Shown here: positions 1 to 12,400 of the stretch, in pieces | How positions within the stretch are numbered: position 1 is the stretch's first letter | Layout: each line of letters begins with the position of its first letter | Assembly: GCA_030704615.1 (NCBI GenBank) | Contig: CM060731.1 | Coordinates: 29,760,001 to 29,824,000, forward strand | Direction of reading: 5' to 3' | DNA: 64,000 nt | Origin: Takakia lepidozioides | Taxonomy: Eukaryota > Plantae > Bryophyta | The notes under the pieces: model-generated | Seen by the model: the letters and a program-made list of their open reading frames with translations, nothing else | Told to the model about the DNA's origin: nothing | Databases searched by the model: none | Translations under genes and position numbers: made by a program

Positions 1-1177
1 GAGCATCGTTGGGAGAGGAGAGATGGCAAACACGAGTGCATTTAGAAGTTAAGATGGGTGCTGCTCTAGCACTCAAATCTCCTTCTGAATATCGACGATG
101 CCTTCTCGCATATACCCGCTGCCTTGCTAGGTGAGGTGCTTTGTTTAGTCACTACATGCTTATGGGTGTGGACAGTTGGATGTAGGAAAATGGATTCGAG
201 TTATTGAAACCATGGAATACTTAACATGTATGTCCATGGAGATTTTATTCTTGAAACAAGTCTGATGCAGAAGAGCCTGTAGGCAGGATTGTAACTTCCA
301 TGTTGTGTCAGAACATTGATGCTGTGGAGGCTCTGAAGACTCTGGAAGCGACGACCAATGTCCCAAAAGGACCCAGCATCTTAGACATCAGTAAACAGAC
401 CCTCTGTGGAAGCTCATTCATACAGCTTATGATACACTGTGGGCATGTGTTTTGACTAGAGGATGATGGAAGTACCACACATCCCACGTCAGTATGTTTG
501 TACCAAGGGTGTTGAAAAAGTGTATTTGTCAGGGAGGCAGATGAGGCACGGCTACGAGAACTCTGTGAAGAGCTGCTGGGCCCCGTGTATTTTTCTTCCG
601 TGCTGGATGGTCCTTCAACCGACAACCAACAACAATGGCAACCTTGTATTCTTGTAAGAATTCTTCTGTTTCTAGGAAAAATTATGTGAATTTAAATAGA
701 GAACTGACTTACACCATTTACATGGGCAGTCTCCTGTATAGCTGTTACTGTCGAAATCCAGTAACAGGTTTTATGCATGCATCACTTAATAGGTATCCAT
801 GCACGTCTTAAGTGCTCTTTTCTTTTTGTGGGAGGGTTCATCATGAAACCACAGACCTAACAGCTTCTGCTACCTCTTAGGGGATAGAGATAGATTGCTA
901 TCTTGCTTTTGTCTGTCTGACTGTATATGTCCATCTTGATTTGTATGTACATACCTTGAAATAGAGGTGGTGTTCCAGTGTGCATCGACAAGATGGATGT
1001 CTGTATGTTTAAAAGTGCAGATTGGCCTGTGTGCAGGGCATGAACAAACGAGAGCTACTTAAAATGGAAGTGTTGCCTGCAATGGCTTCTAACCGAGGTG
1101 TCCAACGGTTGCTAAATGAATTTGCGGATTTATTATCTGAGTGTGAAGCTCGACAACAGACCTCTATCCAACACTGA
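1..1177 (+). CDS. HIRA: Histone chaperone HIRA, last three exons (approx. 1-130, 533-653, 1037-1177); gene begins upstream of the window
   Basis: Spliced translation [35 protein letters not shown] / [17 protein letters not shown]...WQPCIL / [35 protein letters not shown] matches the plant HIRA C-terminus as I recall it. GT-AG junctions are in frame; stop TGA at 1175-1177. Confidence 0.85.
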
Positions 1178-1663
1178 GGAACAGTTGGTATTCACTCTGC
1201 AAATCCTAGAATCGTTCCAAATCACCATGGTGATCAACATTTTGTTGTGTCTGGGATTTGGCAACCAGATGTAAAGAGCATGCTGTAACCCTTATAAAGT
1301 GGCCATTGAGGCTGGCCTAAAGGAGAGATTGGCTTGTTGGCATTGGTGTATCGAGTAGTTAAGATGGTGGTTTGATGCTCTGGTTCCGAATTGGGGACTA
1401 TTTATTAATTTGAGAGAATAAATAAGTACCCAACAACAGTCTGGGGAATTTTTGAAGGTCAAGGAAATAGTGACAGTGGGAAAGACCAATAGGGAGGTAG
1501 GAACAGGGTGCACTAGAGCAACGCTGTGGAGCAATGGGATGAAGACTTGTGTCCAAGTGTAGGACTGCACATGTGGCACAGAGCAGACTTCTGGAAGGCT
1601 TTAGTGCCACTCGACAGGGAGCCACCGCCCTGATAAAGGAGGGGGAGGGCTGTGCCTTGCCAG

Positions 1664-1948
1664 TAGTGTTTTTATTTCTGGCGAAATTTCGCATTTTTTC
1701 GACCTCAAAAATCAAAATCGAATATTCTGTCGTAAATTCCCTATTTTCTCATGGATGAAATCGCCAAAATTCTCAGAAAGAAATATAAATCTTGGATGAA
1801 TTCGCCTAATATGGATGATATACATGGATGAAAGTACAGAGGAGGATGATTCTGTCCAATTTCAGTGGATGAGCAGAAAATATGGCTATTTCCTGCAAAA
1901 CTCAGTAGCCAGTCCTGTTCTTTTGCAAATTTGAAAAAAAAAACACTG
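1664..1948. mobile_element. hAT-like MITE (non-autonomous, ~285 bp)
   Basis: Ends TAGTGTTTTT...AAAAACACTG, flanked by a near-perfect 8-bp direct repeat CTTGCCAG (1656-1663) / CTTGCAAG (1949-1956). No coding capacity. Confidence 0.55.
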
Positions 1949-2343
1949 CTTGCAAGGCCTCTCCCGCCTCCAGCTTACTAGCTAATCTGCACGCATGGAG
2001 ATAGCCACATCCAAAGTAAAGCAGAACCTTGAGATGAAAACAAAAGGCACCAGGACAAAACCTCTTCCATATCAATCAATCAATCAATCAATCTTCATTT
2101 CTCAAACTGCATCATGATGTCAATCCGTGGTGATTGTGTACAACAGAAAGTTTCAGAGTGACCAGCCTATTTGAAGAGGAAACTACATGGCCAGGAGCCA
2201 TCATTGCCAGACACCAAGTGTTTCCATTGTAAGGTTCAACATCATGCTTGGTGACCATCTACATCACAGCCCAAAATAACTTGAGTGATGGTGCTGGTGT
2301 TATATTGAGTGAACCAAGTGCTTGTTTCAACTCATTGATTGTG

Positions 2344-2975
2344 TCACTGGTGACCCTCACAAGAACAGACCCCATCTTGAAAGCCGTGAAAGCAGTTGGC
2401 CATCCAATACAACAACCTTGGAGATGAACTTGGTGGGCTGTATAGCAGACACCCACGCAGCCATCACACAGGTCACACCACATACTAAAGGTTCTTGATG
2501 ATGGGCAGGAATGTTTGAGCCCAAATGACTGCCAGCTTGTCAACGTGGTGGCAAAGAGAAAAATCCTTTGGTCCTCCACATCACAATGCACATATCAGCC
2601 TTGTACACAACCTCCACCAGCCCAGACAATCTCTTCAGCTCAGCATGGATTTCCTGTTGTGGATGCACAGTCTCTGAACGAATGTATGCATCTGGTTGTC
2701 CAGCTGAATGCTGCTGAGCCCTGGCTCCTTCCTGATACCTCTGTCCTGCATCATTTTTCTCCCCTTACCTATATCATCCCATCTGCCAGAAGCATTACAG
2801 AAGTTGCATTGTCCTGTGAATGCCAACAAAAAGCCTGTGCCCCCCCTTCTGATAGTTCCACATTGCCATGAACTCTAGCATGGCCAACCACACCTCGAGA
2901 TCTTAGGCTTGGCATGTCATCACGGAAGTCCTCTGCCTCATCCACTCTACCTCCACGGCCAAGACGGCCCACCAT
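2344..2975 (-). pseudogene. Degenerate PPR E/E+/DYW-domain fragment (RNA-editing factor relic)
   Basis: Frameshifted peptides GRVDEAEDF...HGNVEL, ASGRWDDIGKGRKMMQDRGIRKEPGLSSIQL, HPQQEIHAELKRLSG, LCHHVDKLA, ANCFHGFQDGVCSC follow the E-E+-DYW order. The DNA around 2620-2665 resembles 50445-50490. Confidence 0.75.
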
Positions 2976-3493
2976 GCACCACGATGCTCCAATTCTCGAG
3001 CGAGGCTTTGGAGGACACTCCCCTTCATAATCAAACCAGTCTACTTGGCACCATGATGGCCATCAGTCAGTACATGGAATCAACTGAATTTGTTCCATAA
3101 CAAAGTAATGGGAATGGTATGACACCTAAAGGCACAATGGAGATGTTTAATCCATTGAAAGAACAGATAGGAGCAGTTAGTCTTTGTTGTTGTTGTCGGT
3201 GGTGCAAGCCTGAAATCAATCCCATGGTTCAAGTAATCTCCCGCAAATGTGTTGTAGCAAATAACCTATTCCCTACTCAGAGCTGGGAAGGCGGTTCCTC
3301 AGACAGCAGAGTAAAGATCCTTGGTGAAGATACCCCTGTTTGTGGACAAGCGCATGGCCGACTAGGTGCTCCACCAAAAAGATTCCTAACCAATTTAATA
3401 GAAATGAATCAAAAAGTGTTTTCAACATTACTTAAAACCCTAAAACACCTGATGACTGACAGTGTATGCACTCTACCCTGAACTGATGGAGAC

Positions 3494-6400
3494 TTATAGT
3501 GGGATGTCTTTCTCAGATATCAAATTGCCACGCATCAACTGATCTACTCTTACACGAACCCTGGGCAGAGTCTCAGGTGCCTGTGCCGCTTCTGGTGAAT
3601 CAGCAGCCGCCTCGTAATGTGGCTGGAGGGTCTGTAGAATCATAACCTGCACATCAGGGTCTTGTAAGTCAGAGGCCATCATTTTGTCCAGCAGCTCCAG
3701 AGCTTTCTCTTCATCTTCAGCAGCTACATACGCGCGAAATAATCTGCAACCCACAATGGAACTTTAGTAATCAGTGTCAGCTTGACCAATAGCAGGAGCT
3801 CTACTGCACCTTCATCACACCGACCCTCTCTCATACACAATCCATATCTTTCAAACTTCAAATTGGTTTTCACCTCACCTAACCAAGAATAAGGCCAGGT
3901 TAACCCTTTACTGTTATTAACATTATTATGTTCCCCATTCACGAGGTACCCACATCCGGGTATGTAGAGCAACCTGAATAATAAAAGTTTAGAAATTCAA
4001 ACATTACCTGATCCTCGAGAAAATATTCAGAGGGAGGCCCTCCTGCTCCATCTCAAAGAGAACCCGCTGTGCTTGCTCTGAATCATTCATCGCAGCACAC
4101 CCATCTAGGAGAGCTTCCAGCGCCATGCGTGAGGGCCGCAAGCCAACTTCCCGCATTGCATCCACAACCGCAAACCCATCTTCTACACCTAACCAGCAGA
4201 TCTCATTCTCGTCTCTTCCTCCATTTGATATGTGCAGAAATATCTGCCAATGGAGGACAAGATATCTACTGTGAAAAAATTGTTTAGCAAGCTCCAAGAT
4301 ATGTTAACGTCACAGAATTTGTACAAAGTTCTCCCAGATTGATGACAAAAAATACTCCTGTGAAATTTGTATGGAAGCCCTAAGTACATTTTCTGGTTTT
4401 ACACACTGAAAGCTGGCCAGAACTCAATGGACTAGAAATAACTTGAAACAGCCGAGATTTTTCACAGGACCGGTGGTCTTAAACCTAAAAACAAAGATCA
4501 TTCATGACTACATCAAGCTGTGTATGTGTATGTGAAACAGAGAGTGTCCTGAACTGGTCGAAGTGACTGTTAGCTAAGGTGTACCCTCAGGTCTCAGTCC
4601 AGTCCTCAGAAGACCAGTTCTGGTAGGCTGCATCTACCAGGGAATGACCCTAAGCCCGACATTCACTGACCTCTCACAACCAGCGACAATCTGGCTGCAA
4701 AGTTGACTAATTGAGAACTGACTGCTGGGAAAGCGCAAGGGAAAGGGAAACGGAGGAGAGAGTGAGTCTGCCTATAATGCTCTAGTGCAGGAGCATACTA
4801 TTGACACATCGTACCCATTTGCTACTTGCTTCCATGGCATGAAGCTTTTGATCTCCGGTACATCTAGATCCCAAAGACAATCTGGTCCTTCTTGCAAAGG
4901 TACGCCAAGGAGGACCCCCTGTCACTAATGAAGGAAACGAACACCTACCTTGTCAAACAGCACACCCTCATCCGCAATGCCCTCCAACTTCACTTTATGC
5001 AAGAACTTGACTGCCCGTCTGCTCCTCAATGCCCGCCAACGATTGTCAAAAACTCTTAGAAATACAAGTGTGAAGCAACCTTCCAGACATTGACTAAGAT
5101 TCTCCTGTAAAACAATACAATCCTGAGCAAGCAGCGACAAGGCCTGGGAGAACTCTGTGGATGTCTAGTTCTAGGCATGATCATGTGGTCCCTGGAGGCT
5201 TTGAAAGGGTAGGTTTTGAAAAATTGCATGAAAATGGTAGATTGAGCTCTTAGTGGGCCACTAGCAGGCTAGGTGGGTTTCACTCGACAAATAACTCCTT
5301 CCAGAATCTCCCCTTCTCACGCTCATCCCTTCACAAAGGAAGGAGTACAACATGAGCATATCATACCCAAGCTGGTTATGGTGGATGCAGCCGAGCACCA
5401 CGTTGATGCAACGGATGTTGAGGTGCTCAACTTGCTGCCTTTGGGTCATGTCAGACCATCGATCCTCACTACGGCACTCTTCAAAAATTTCAAACATTCG
5501 TTCCAGATCCCCTGCCTTCCCCACTGCCGCCTGCCAACCAACATTCTCTACTAGTAGGTAGACAACATACATGCATGTTACAGTGTGGTTCTATCAATAC
5601 AACCTGGTTTTGATGCATGGAAACATCCATAGTGGGTTTATACTCTAGCACTTGCTTGCACTCTGTATTCATTTGCAACTGGGCGCGGGGTCAATGGCCA
5701 CAAGGCTACGGCAAACAACGTCTTATGAGTACAATCTGTATTCATTTGCAACTTGTGGATGAACCAAAAACTATGAATATCCCAGAAAAACAACTTGATC
5801 TGTCGAAGTCATGAATAGTCAGTAATGATACACTGCTACCAGAGCCAACCAAGACTTAGGCTACGCAACAAAAAGATCCAGAATTAGGGAGAGAGGTCAA
5901 GGGACAGTATGCAATTCAAGGGAGATAGACCACTACATACCATAAGTATGCCAACAGCATATGCATGAGGAAGCACACCCTTCCTTTTGATTTCTTCATA
6001 CAAAGCAAAGGCTTCATCAAGGCGTCCAGCCAGAGCAAACACTGACAAAATGGCACTCTTAGCCTCTGAGCCCACTGCCTCTCCATCCTTCTCGATTTCC
6101 ATTACCATCTGCTTGTCGGACATTTTCACACACCAATGCAAGTCAGCAACAGAAAAGAAGGCAGGGGTAATATTGACAAATCAAGAAATATGTGTCAAAA
6201 TCTGCAACAGACATTCAATGGGCTTGTGATGAGCCAAGCCTTTGTAACATAATCAAATTCTGAAATTTTCTCAAAGAGGGAACTTAATATGTATAATCAC
6301 ATTTGCATTTAAAATCATGACAAGAAGACACAGAAGGCCCAACCTCCATACTGCGGTCAAAACTGCCACATTTTGCAAAGACGAGAGCCATGACTGTGAA

Positions 6401-9400
6401 AATGGACTCATTGGGCTTAATGCCACGCTCCTGCATCTGCTCAAACAACTGCATCCAACAAAGACATATGTTTTATAAAGAGTCAAATATGTACTATTCA
6501 GCAGACCCTATCCCAGCACCCAACAATGGTGGCTCTCAATGTCATAGTGTTTATAACCGCATGCGGTTTGAAACAGTTGTCACTGGCCATAGTGACATCG
6601 ATTATGATTCTTCATTGAGCATGACAACAGGGCACCATACAAATCAAACACTATGACCAAACACTATCAAACACTACTCGAAGAAAACCTTGGTAAGCTC
6701 TCTCTCTCTCCTGGACCCTTCTCCCTGTCCTCTAGGAAGCCTATTGACATTGGGTGGACTTGAAACGGGAGTACATTAATGTCTCTGTGACTAAATGCCG
6801 GCCTTGTGACCTCGTGTCCTTGTTTGTTTCGACCTGAAGCGCTTTGCTTCAGGTAAGGTAGTGCATTGGATTTAGTTGGAAAGCTTGGGGCCTTTCCCTC
6901 TTTAGAATATGCCTACACGGGCCATTCCCTGCAACTCCCTGGAGTGTGATCTCTGAATGGTAACAAGCGGAATCCTACCGCTTGGGGGCAGCCCCTCCGC
7001 CCAAATTGGGCAGTCGTATGCTCTGTCTAGCATACTCGGCACTTGGGCTCGGGTTGGTTCCTGTGCTTAAACTTATGGCCTGCGAAAACAATCAAAAATT
7101 TAGCTCCTATCAACATCAACACTCCTCAGGGTGATCCCTGGGAATTGGTTACTGATGCCAAATCTAGGGCTTCATGATGTTGTAGTTTTTGGGCGTGAAC
7201 CCAGGCATGGACGACTGTGTCCTTTTAAAACTACATGCTCTAGCTTAGGCTTGATTTCATGGCTAAGGGTACCATATCGATGACTGAAACAGGGTACGTG
7301 AAGGTTCAATGACCAAAAGTGCTTCTAATAGAGTCCTGACATCAATCCCATCTCAAAGAAGTTCGTCCCTTGACTGGCGGAGAGCGGTCTTAGACATTGG
7401 TGATTCAATGGGGCGCTCTAGGAAGACAAAAGGGCAACAACTTCAACTTGAGAGTTCTAATCGGTTGATGCTCGGATGAGGTTGAATCCAAACAGCCAGT
7501 GAGTGACAAGATGCCCCCTAAGTGTAACGGAACCATGAACGTCTGGAATCTGAAAGGATTGGACTCGATATGGGGGTTTACCAATCCTCAAGGTTTACAC
7601 AAGACGAACAAATTCTATACAGGGGTTAATTTCCCAAGCAGTCAGATGGACAATCTGTCCCTAAGTGTGCAGGCGCTGAAGTCGTGTAACTGAAGGATTG
7701 GTACATTAAAGGGTACCATCCTCAAAGTCTACACAAGACGAGCAAAATGTCTATACCGGGTGGTTAATTGTCCCAAGCAGTCTGACGGACAATCTGCCCC
7801 TATGTGTGCGGAGCCTGTGCGTACTGTAACTGAAAGATTGGTACCCTGAATGGTTTACCATTCTCAAAGTTTACACAAGACGAGCAAAATCTACACATGG
7901 GGTAACTGCCCCCTTGCAGACCACGGTTGGGCCGTCCTACGGAAGCAATCCCAAGTACCTAGACGACAAACATTCACACGCAAAGGGCTGGTTGCGGTGG
8001 CCACTTTCAACTTCTCAGGGTTGACCAACCAAAGGAAACAACTTGAAGTGGCAAGTTTTCGGACTAATGATATTTCATATCTGTGCTGGGCAAGAAACAT
8101 GGGAAACGTGGTTATAAACTGGTTTGGAGAGTCATTGGTTATAAATGGGCAGGTCAGAAGTGTACTCTCAAGGCAGCCTCTGCCAAACGCGGTCAAAAAG
8201 GGGTCGGATTCTTTGTCCGTGATTTCTGTTGGCAATTGTGAAATTATCAACAAGGGTTGAGGTACGCAGCAAGTATCTGGCTAAAACTGGTTGAAGGGCG
8301 GCCTATGAGTAAAGGACCTCTTTGTGGGGTGGTTTTACATGCCACACAGAGGGGACCCTTAGTGCTGACGCAGACAAGGCCTTCGAAGATGTAAAGCTGG
8401 ACTGTGCTTCGTTCCTTGCCAAAGGTCAGGTGGTACTATTGGGGGACTTCAATGCCCGGGTGGGCAAAGGGATCCATCAGGTGACGATATCATTGGAACC
8501 TTTTTGTGAGGACAGCTGATTCTAATGGCAGAACGGTTAATTAACTGTCTAGAAGAGCTTCAGCTTTTTGACCTTGAATAACGGACCAAGAGGTGACCAA
8601 GTGCAGTGGACTCGTGAGAACCCCAAACAAAACGTTCCATTGTGGACTATATCATAATGGACAAAATTTTGTTCCCCCAGTGTGCCAATGTGTTGATCGA
8701 CAGAACTTGGTACCCTCTGACCACTTCCTGGTTTTGGACTGAGATCAAAAGGTGTTTTCCCCACCACCAAGAGATCTGTGAAACGTTCGATTCGGAAGTG
8801 GCGCATAGAAAATTCCACAATGAGGAGGTCAAGGCTGAGTACGTCCAGGCCTTGCAAGAGGCTCTCCCTCATTTTGTCCAATCGCTCCAAGAACTTCAGT
8901 CACGCTCTGTTAACGCAAGAAATGAAGTCGAAAGAGCAGTGGACTCTTGGGAGAGTTTCGTTTCCTCCGTGGCTGACAAGATCATTGGGAGGAAACTAAT
9001 TGTCTGCGGTAGAGCAGTTAATTGGTGGACTAATGAGATTAAACTCAAGATAGAGACGAGCCCTCTATAAAGAGTGCTGCAATTTGGAAACCAACAGAGA
9101 ATTGTGGGCGAGGTACTACCAGCTCCGTAAAGATATCAATCAGCTTGTTAGGTCTCAGAAGAAATTATACTGGGACAAGTTATACAGTGAAATAAACTCA
9201 AACCACCATGGTGGTAATGACAAGAAATTCTGGTTGGCCCTTCAACGTTTGTACAAGCCGAAAAACGGTCAGCAAGTACAAGCGCTGAAGACTACTAAAG
9301 GTGCAGTGGTGACTTCATCGGTTGACATTGTCAAAACCTTTGAAACTCACTACAGTATCCTTGGCAGAACTTCTAGGTCTAACAGTGAGGGGTCTTCTGC

Positions 9401-12400
9401 TGAATGGAGGACACAGTTGGAAAAACTGTTCCTATGATTCAAAACAGCCCTGATGAACTGGAGTATATTTCAATGGCTTATAATGCTCCCATTAGTTCTA
9501 ATGTGGAAGCAATTGAACATAAATGGATATGGACCTGATGGTATGTCAACGAGCTTATCAAGCACGGTGGCGATCCCATGATAGAGGCCCTAGTTCTCCT
9601 CTTTAACCTTATCTGGAAGACTGAAATGATCCCCTTTCGCTGGCGACAGGGGTCATTGTCAATCTATACAAGAAGGGTGACAGAGAAGAACCGGGGAACT
9701 ACCGTGGCATCACGCTCCTCAATGCTGTTGGCAAGACATTCTGCAGAGTTATAAGTACTCGTCTCGAGGTTGATCTGGAGTCTAGAGGTTGTTTCCACGA
9801 AGGCCAAGCTGGCTTTCGGCGAAACAGGGGCTGTGTGGATCATATCTTCACTCTAAGCCAGATTATCCAGGGAAGGAAAAAAGAAGGGAAACCCACTTAT
9901 GTCTTTTTCCTGGATGTCAAAAAGGCTTATGACACAGTGTGGAGAGATGGCCTATGGTTCCGCCTCTGGTCTTGTGGGATCAAGGGAAAGATGTGGAGAG
10001 TTGTCCACAACTTGTATGCTCACACCAAAAGCTGTGTCACTGTTAACGGACAGAAGTCCAACTTCTTTGACATAGACCAAGGTGTAGCTCAAGGATGTAC
10101 TCTCTCCCCTCTGCTCTTCAATGTTTTCATCAATCAACTCCTCGAGGATGTGGAAAGTGAGGGATTTGGGTTAAGGGTGGGTGATACCACCATACCAGCC
10201 CTTATGTTTGCGGATGACTTCGCAGGCATAGGGGAGACTCCAACCAATCTCCAGGAGTTGATTGATTGCGCGAAGAGATACTTTGATCTTTGGGGGCTAG
10301 AGGCTAATGTCAGCAAATGTGCAGTGGTAGCATTCAACGACAGAGGAGAGGGAGGAAGTGATCTTAAGTGGCAGTGGGGTAGCCAAGAGATCCCGGTCCT
10401 CCCTTCCTACACTTACCTGGGCGTTGAGTTCTCCTCCAATTGTAATTGGGATGCACATATCCGGAAAGTTGTTCAAACTGGCAAGGGCAAAGCTCTGGGG
10501 CTCACTAAATTTTTCCACTGCAGAGGGGTCAACTCTGAGGTTAAGAAAACCATGCTTTGTCGCGTTATTAGACCTGCCTTGGAGTACGGATCTGCTATAT
10601 GGGTTGATAACTCCAACCAGGCTAAGTCTCTAGAATCCATTCAAGTGGGGGTGCTTAAGGAGTGTATGTCAGCATGCTCCAAAACAGCCAATGTGGCTGT
10701 TCGGGGTGAGTTTGGCATTCCGTCCTTAAGCTCCCGACGAGATGAATTCAAGGTCAGATGGTGGGGTCAGCTGCAACATATGCCCAACACCAGATATCCT
10801 AAGTTAATCGACTCTATATCTTGGAAACAGGACCGCCCTGTCAAACAGGCTAAGTCCTGGCAGAAGAGAGTAGAAGAGATCCTCAAGGACCTGGACCTGG
10901 ATCCGCAAGTCTTGACCCTGCTGGATAAATCTGACTTAGAGGCTGTAGTGTCCTCAGCCATGTCTGTTGCCATGAGATTGTCTGATGAAAATGAAGTTAG
11001 GCAGAAAACTTCCCTGAACTTGTTTCCAGTCTGTGACATGGGGGAGGACATCTTGGATGACCTCAAGGGTCTACCCACTCTCGGCACTAGACTGAAATTT
11101 AAACTCAGGGCAGGAAGCCTACCTTTGAACAGCAAACAGAAGCAGAGAGGAAAGGGAGAGTGCAATTGCCCGTTGTGTGGGCAATCTGAAGACAGTATTC
11201 ATTTTCTGATACACTGTCCGGGGTTCTCTCACCAAAGAGACGCTCTCTTCAAATCTATTAAGGGAATTGTGCCTGTACCCCTGTTTACCAACTTTGAAAG
11301 TCTCGAGGCTGAGCCAAAAGCCCAGGCCCTCCTGAGGCCTAGTTTTTGGGCAAATCACACACAGCAGATTGATGCTTGTGTGAAGGGATTTCTAGAGGAT
11401 ATCTGGAAAACCCGGATTAATTCTTTATATGGAGGTAAGTCTTACTACCAACGTCAGCCCCTGACAGAGGTAGGTTCTGTCCCTTTTGTTCCCGCTCAAA
11501 CTGGGCGCGGGGTCAATGGCCACAAGGCTACGGCAAACAACGTCTTATGAGTACAATCTCTCCTGGACCCAAAAGGTCTGGCAGGTACGTGCATCAAGCC
11601 AGTTACATGGTCTATTTTGATGTGGATTTCTCGTTGTCCTACTCTGTGTAGGGCCCTGTGAATGTTTCTTTCTTCTCTTTCTTACATGAGTCACTCCATC
11701 ATTGGGGGGACTCTGGTAAATTTGTGGTTCTACTGTGTCACATAGCCCCCTTGGGCATCCTGTGCGCAATTCTCTCTATTGGTTTTCCCTAGTAGTTCCC
11801 AAGTGTCTCTTCCATCCTTCCATCCTTTCTTTTTCTCTGAGTATGTACTCTTATGTTAACTTATTGTTGTCAGCTGTGTGCAAGCCCCATAGCAATCAAG
11901 GCTGATTTCATCTTCTTATGGGAGGAAAAAGTTAAAACTGGCAAACAAAATATACGGAGTCCTGTGCAATATGCCCTCAAGGCAGCCTTTTCGCAATGCA
12001 CAGTCCATGAGAGCTTTACTTTCTCAAGATGTGAAGGATGTTGAACTAGAAGAGACGCAATGTATGACAAAACGAGGGATTATGTAGAACGTAATCAGAT
12101 TGTATACCTGAACAGCCTTGTCCTGATTTCTGTTTTGAGAGCATGTCAATATAAGAAGACGGTAGGTGTCAATATCAGGCTTTACTCCTGCCAACTCCAT
12201 TTCCTTCAGCACCGCAAGCGCTCTATCAAACCGTCCCTATCCCCCAATTTGCAACATCAATCTTAGCAACAACAAGAGTAAATGTGATTTAGACACACAA
12301 ATATATTTAACTACATTTTTCTCTCACAGCTGGCTGCAAAGGAAAGTGAAAAAGACAGAACCTGATTAGGGTTTAGCGGGCCTGAAGGGCCCAAGGGACA

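Larger units (their letters stand above)
6719..11556 (+). mobile_element. Non-LTR retrotransposon (LINE; APE + RT + C-terminal zinc finger; possibly RTE/RTEX-like) in a PPR intron, antisense to the gene
   Basis: 14-bp TSD TCTCTCCTGGACCC at 6705-6718 and 11557-11570. APE motifs (ATFNFSG, LLGDFNAR, DYII) are frameshifted across ~8000-9830, and an intact RT ORF follows. Confidence 0.92.

Noticed and set aside
2344-3494. Possibility that the E/DYW fragment is the true C-terminus of the P-class PPR gene
   Set aside because: The P-class gene has a clean stop at 3494, and the DYW piece is multiply frameshifted.
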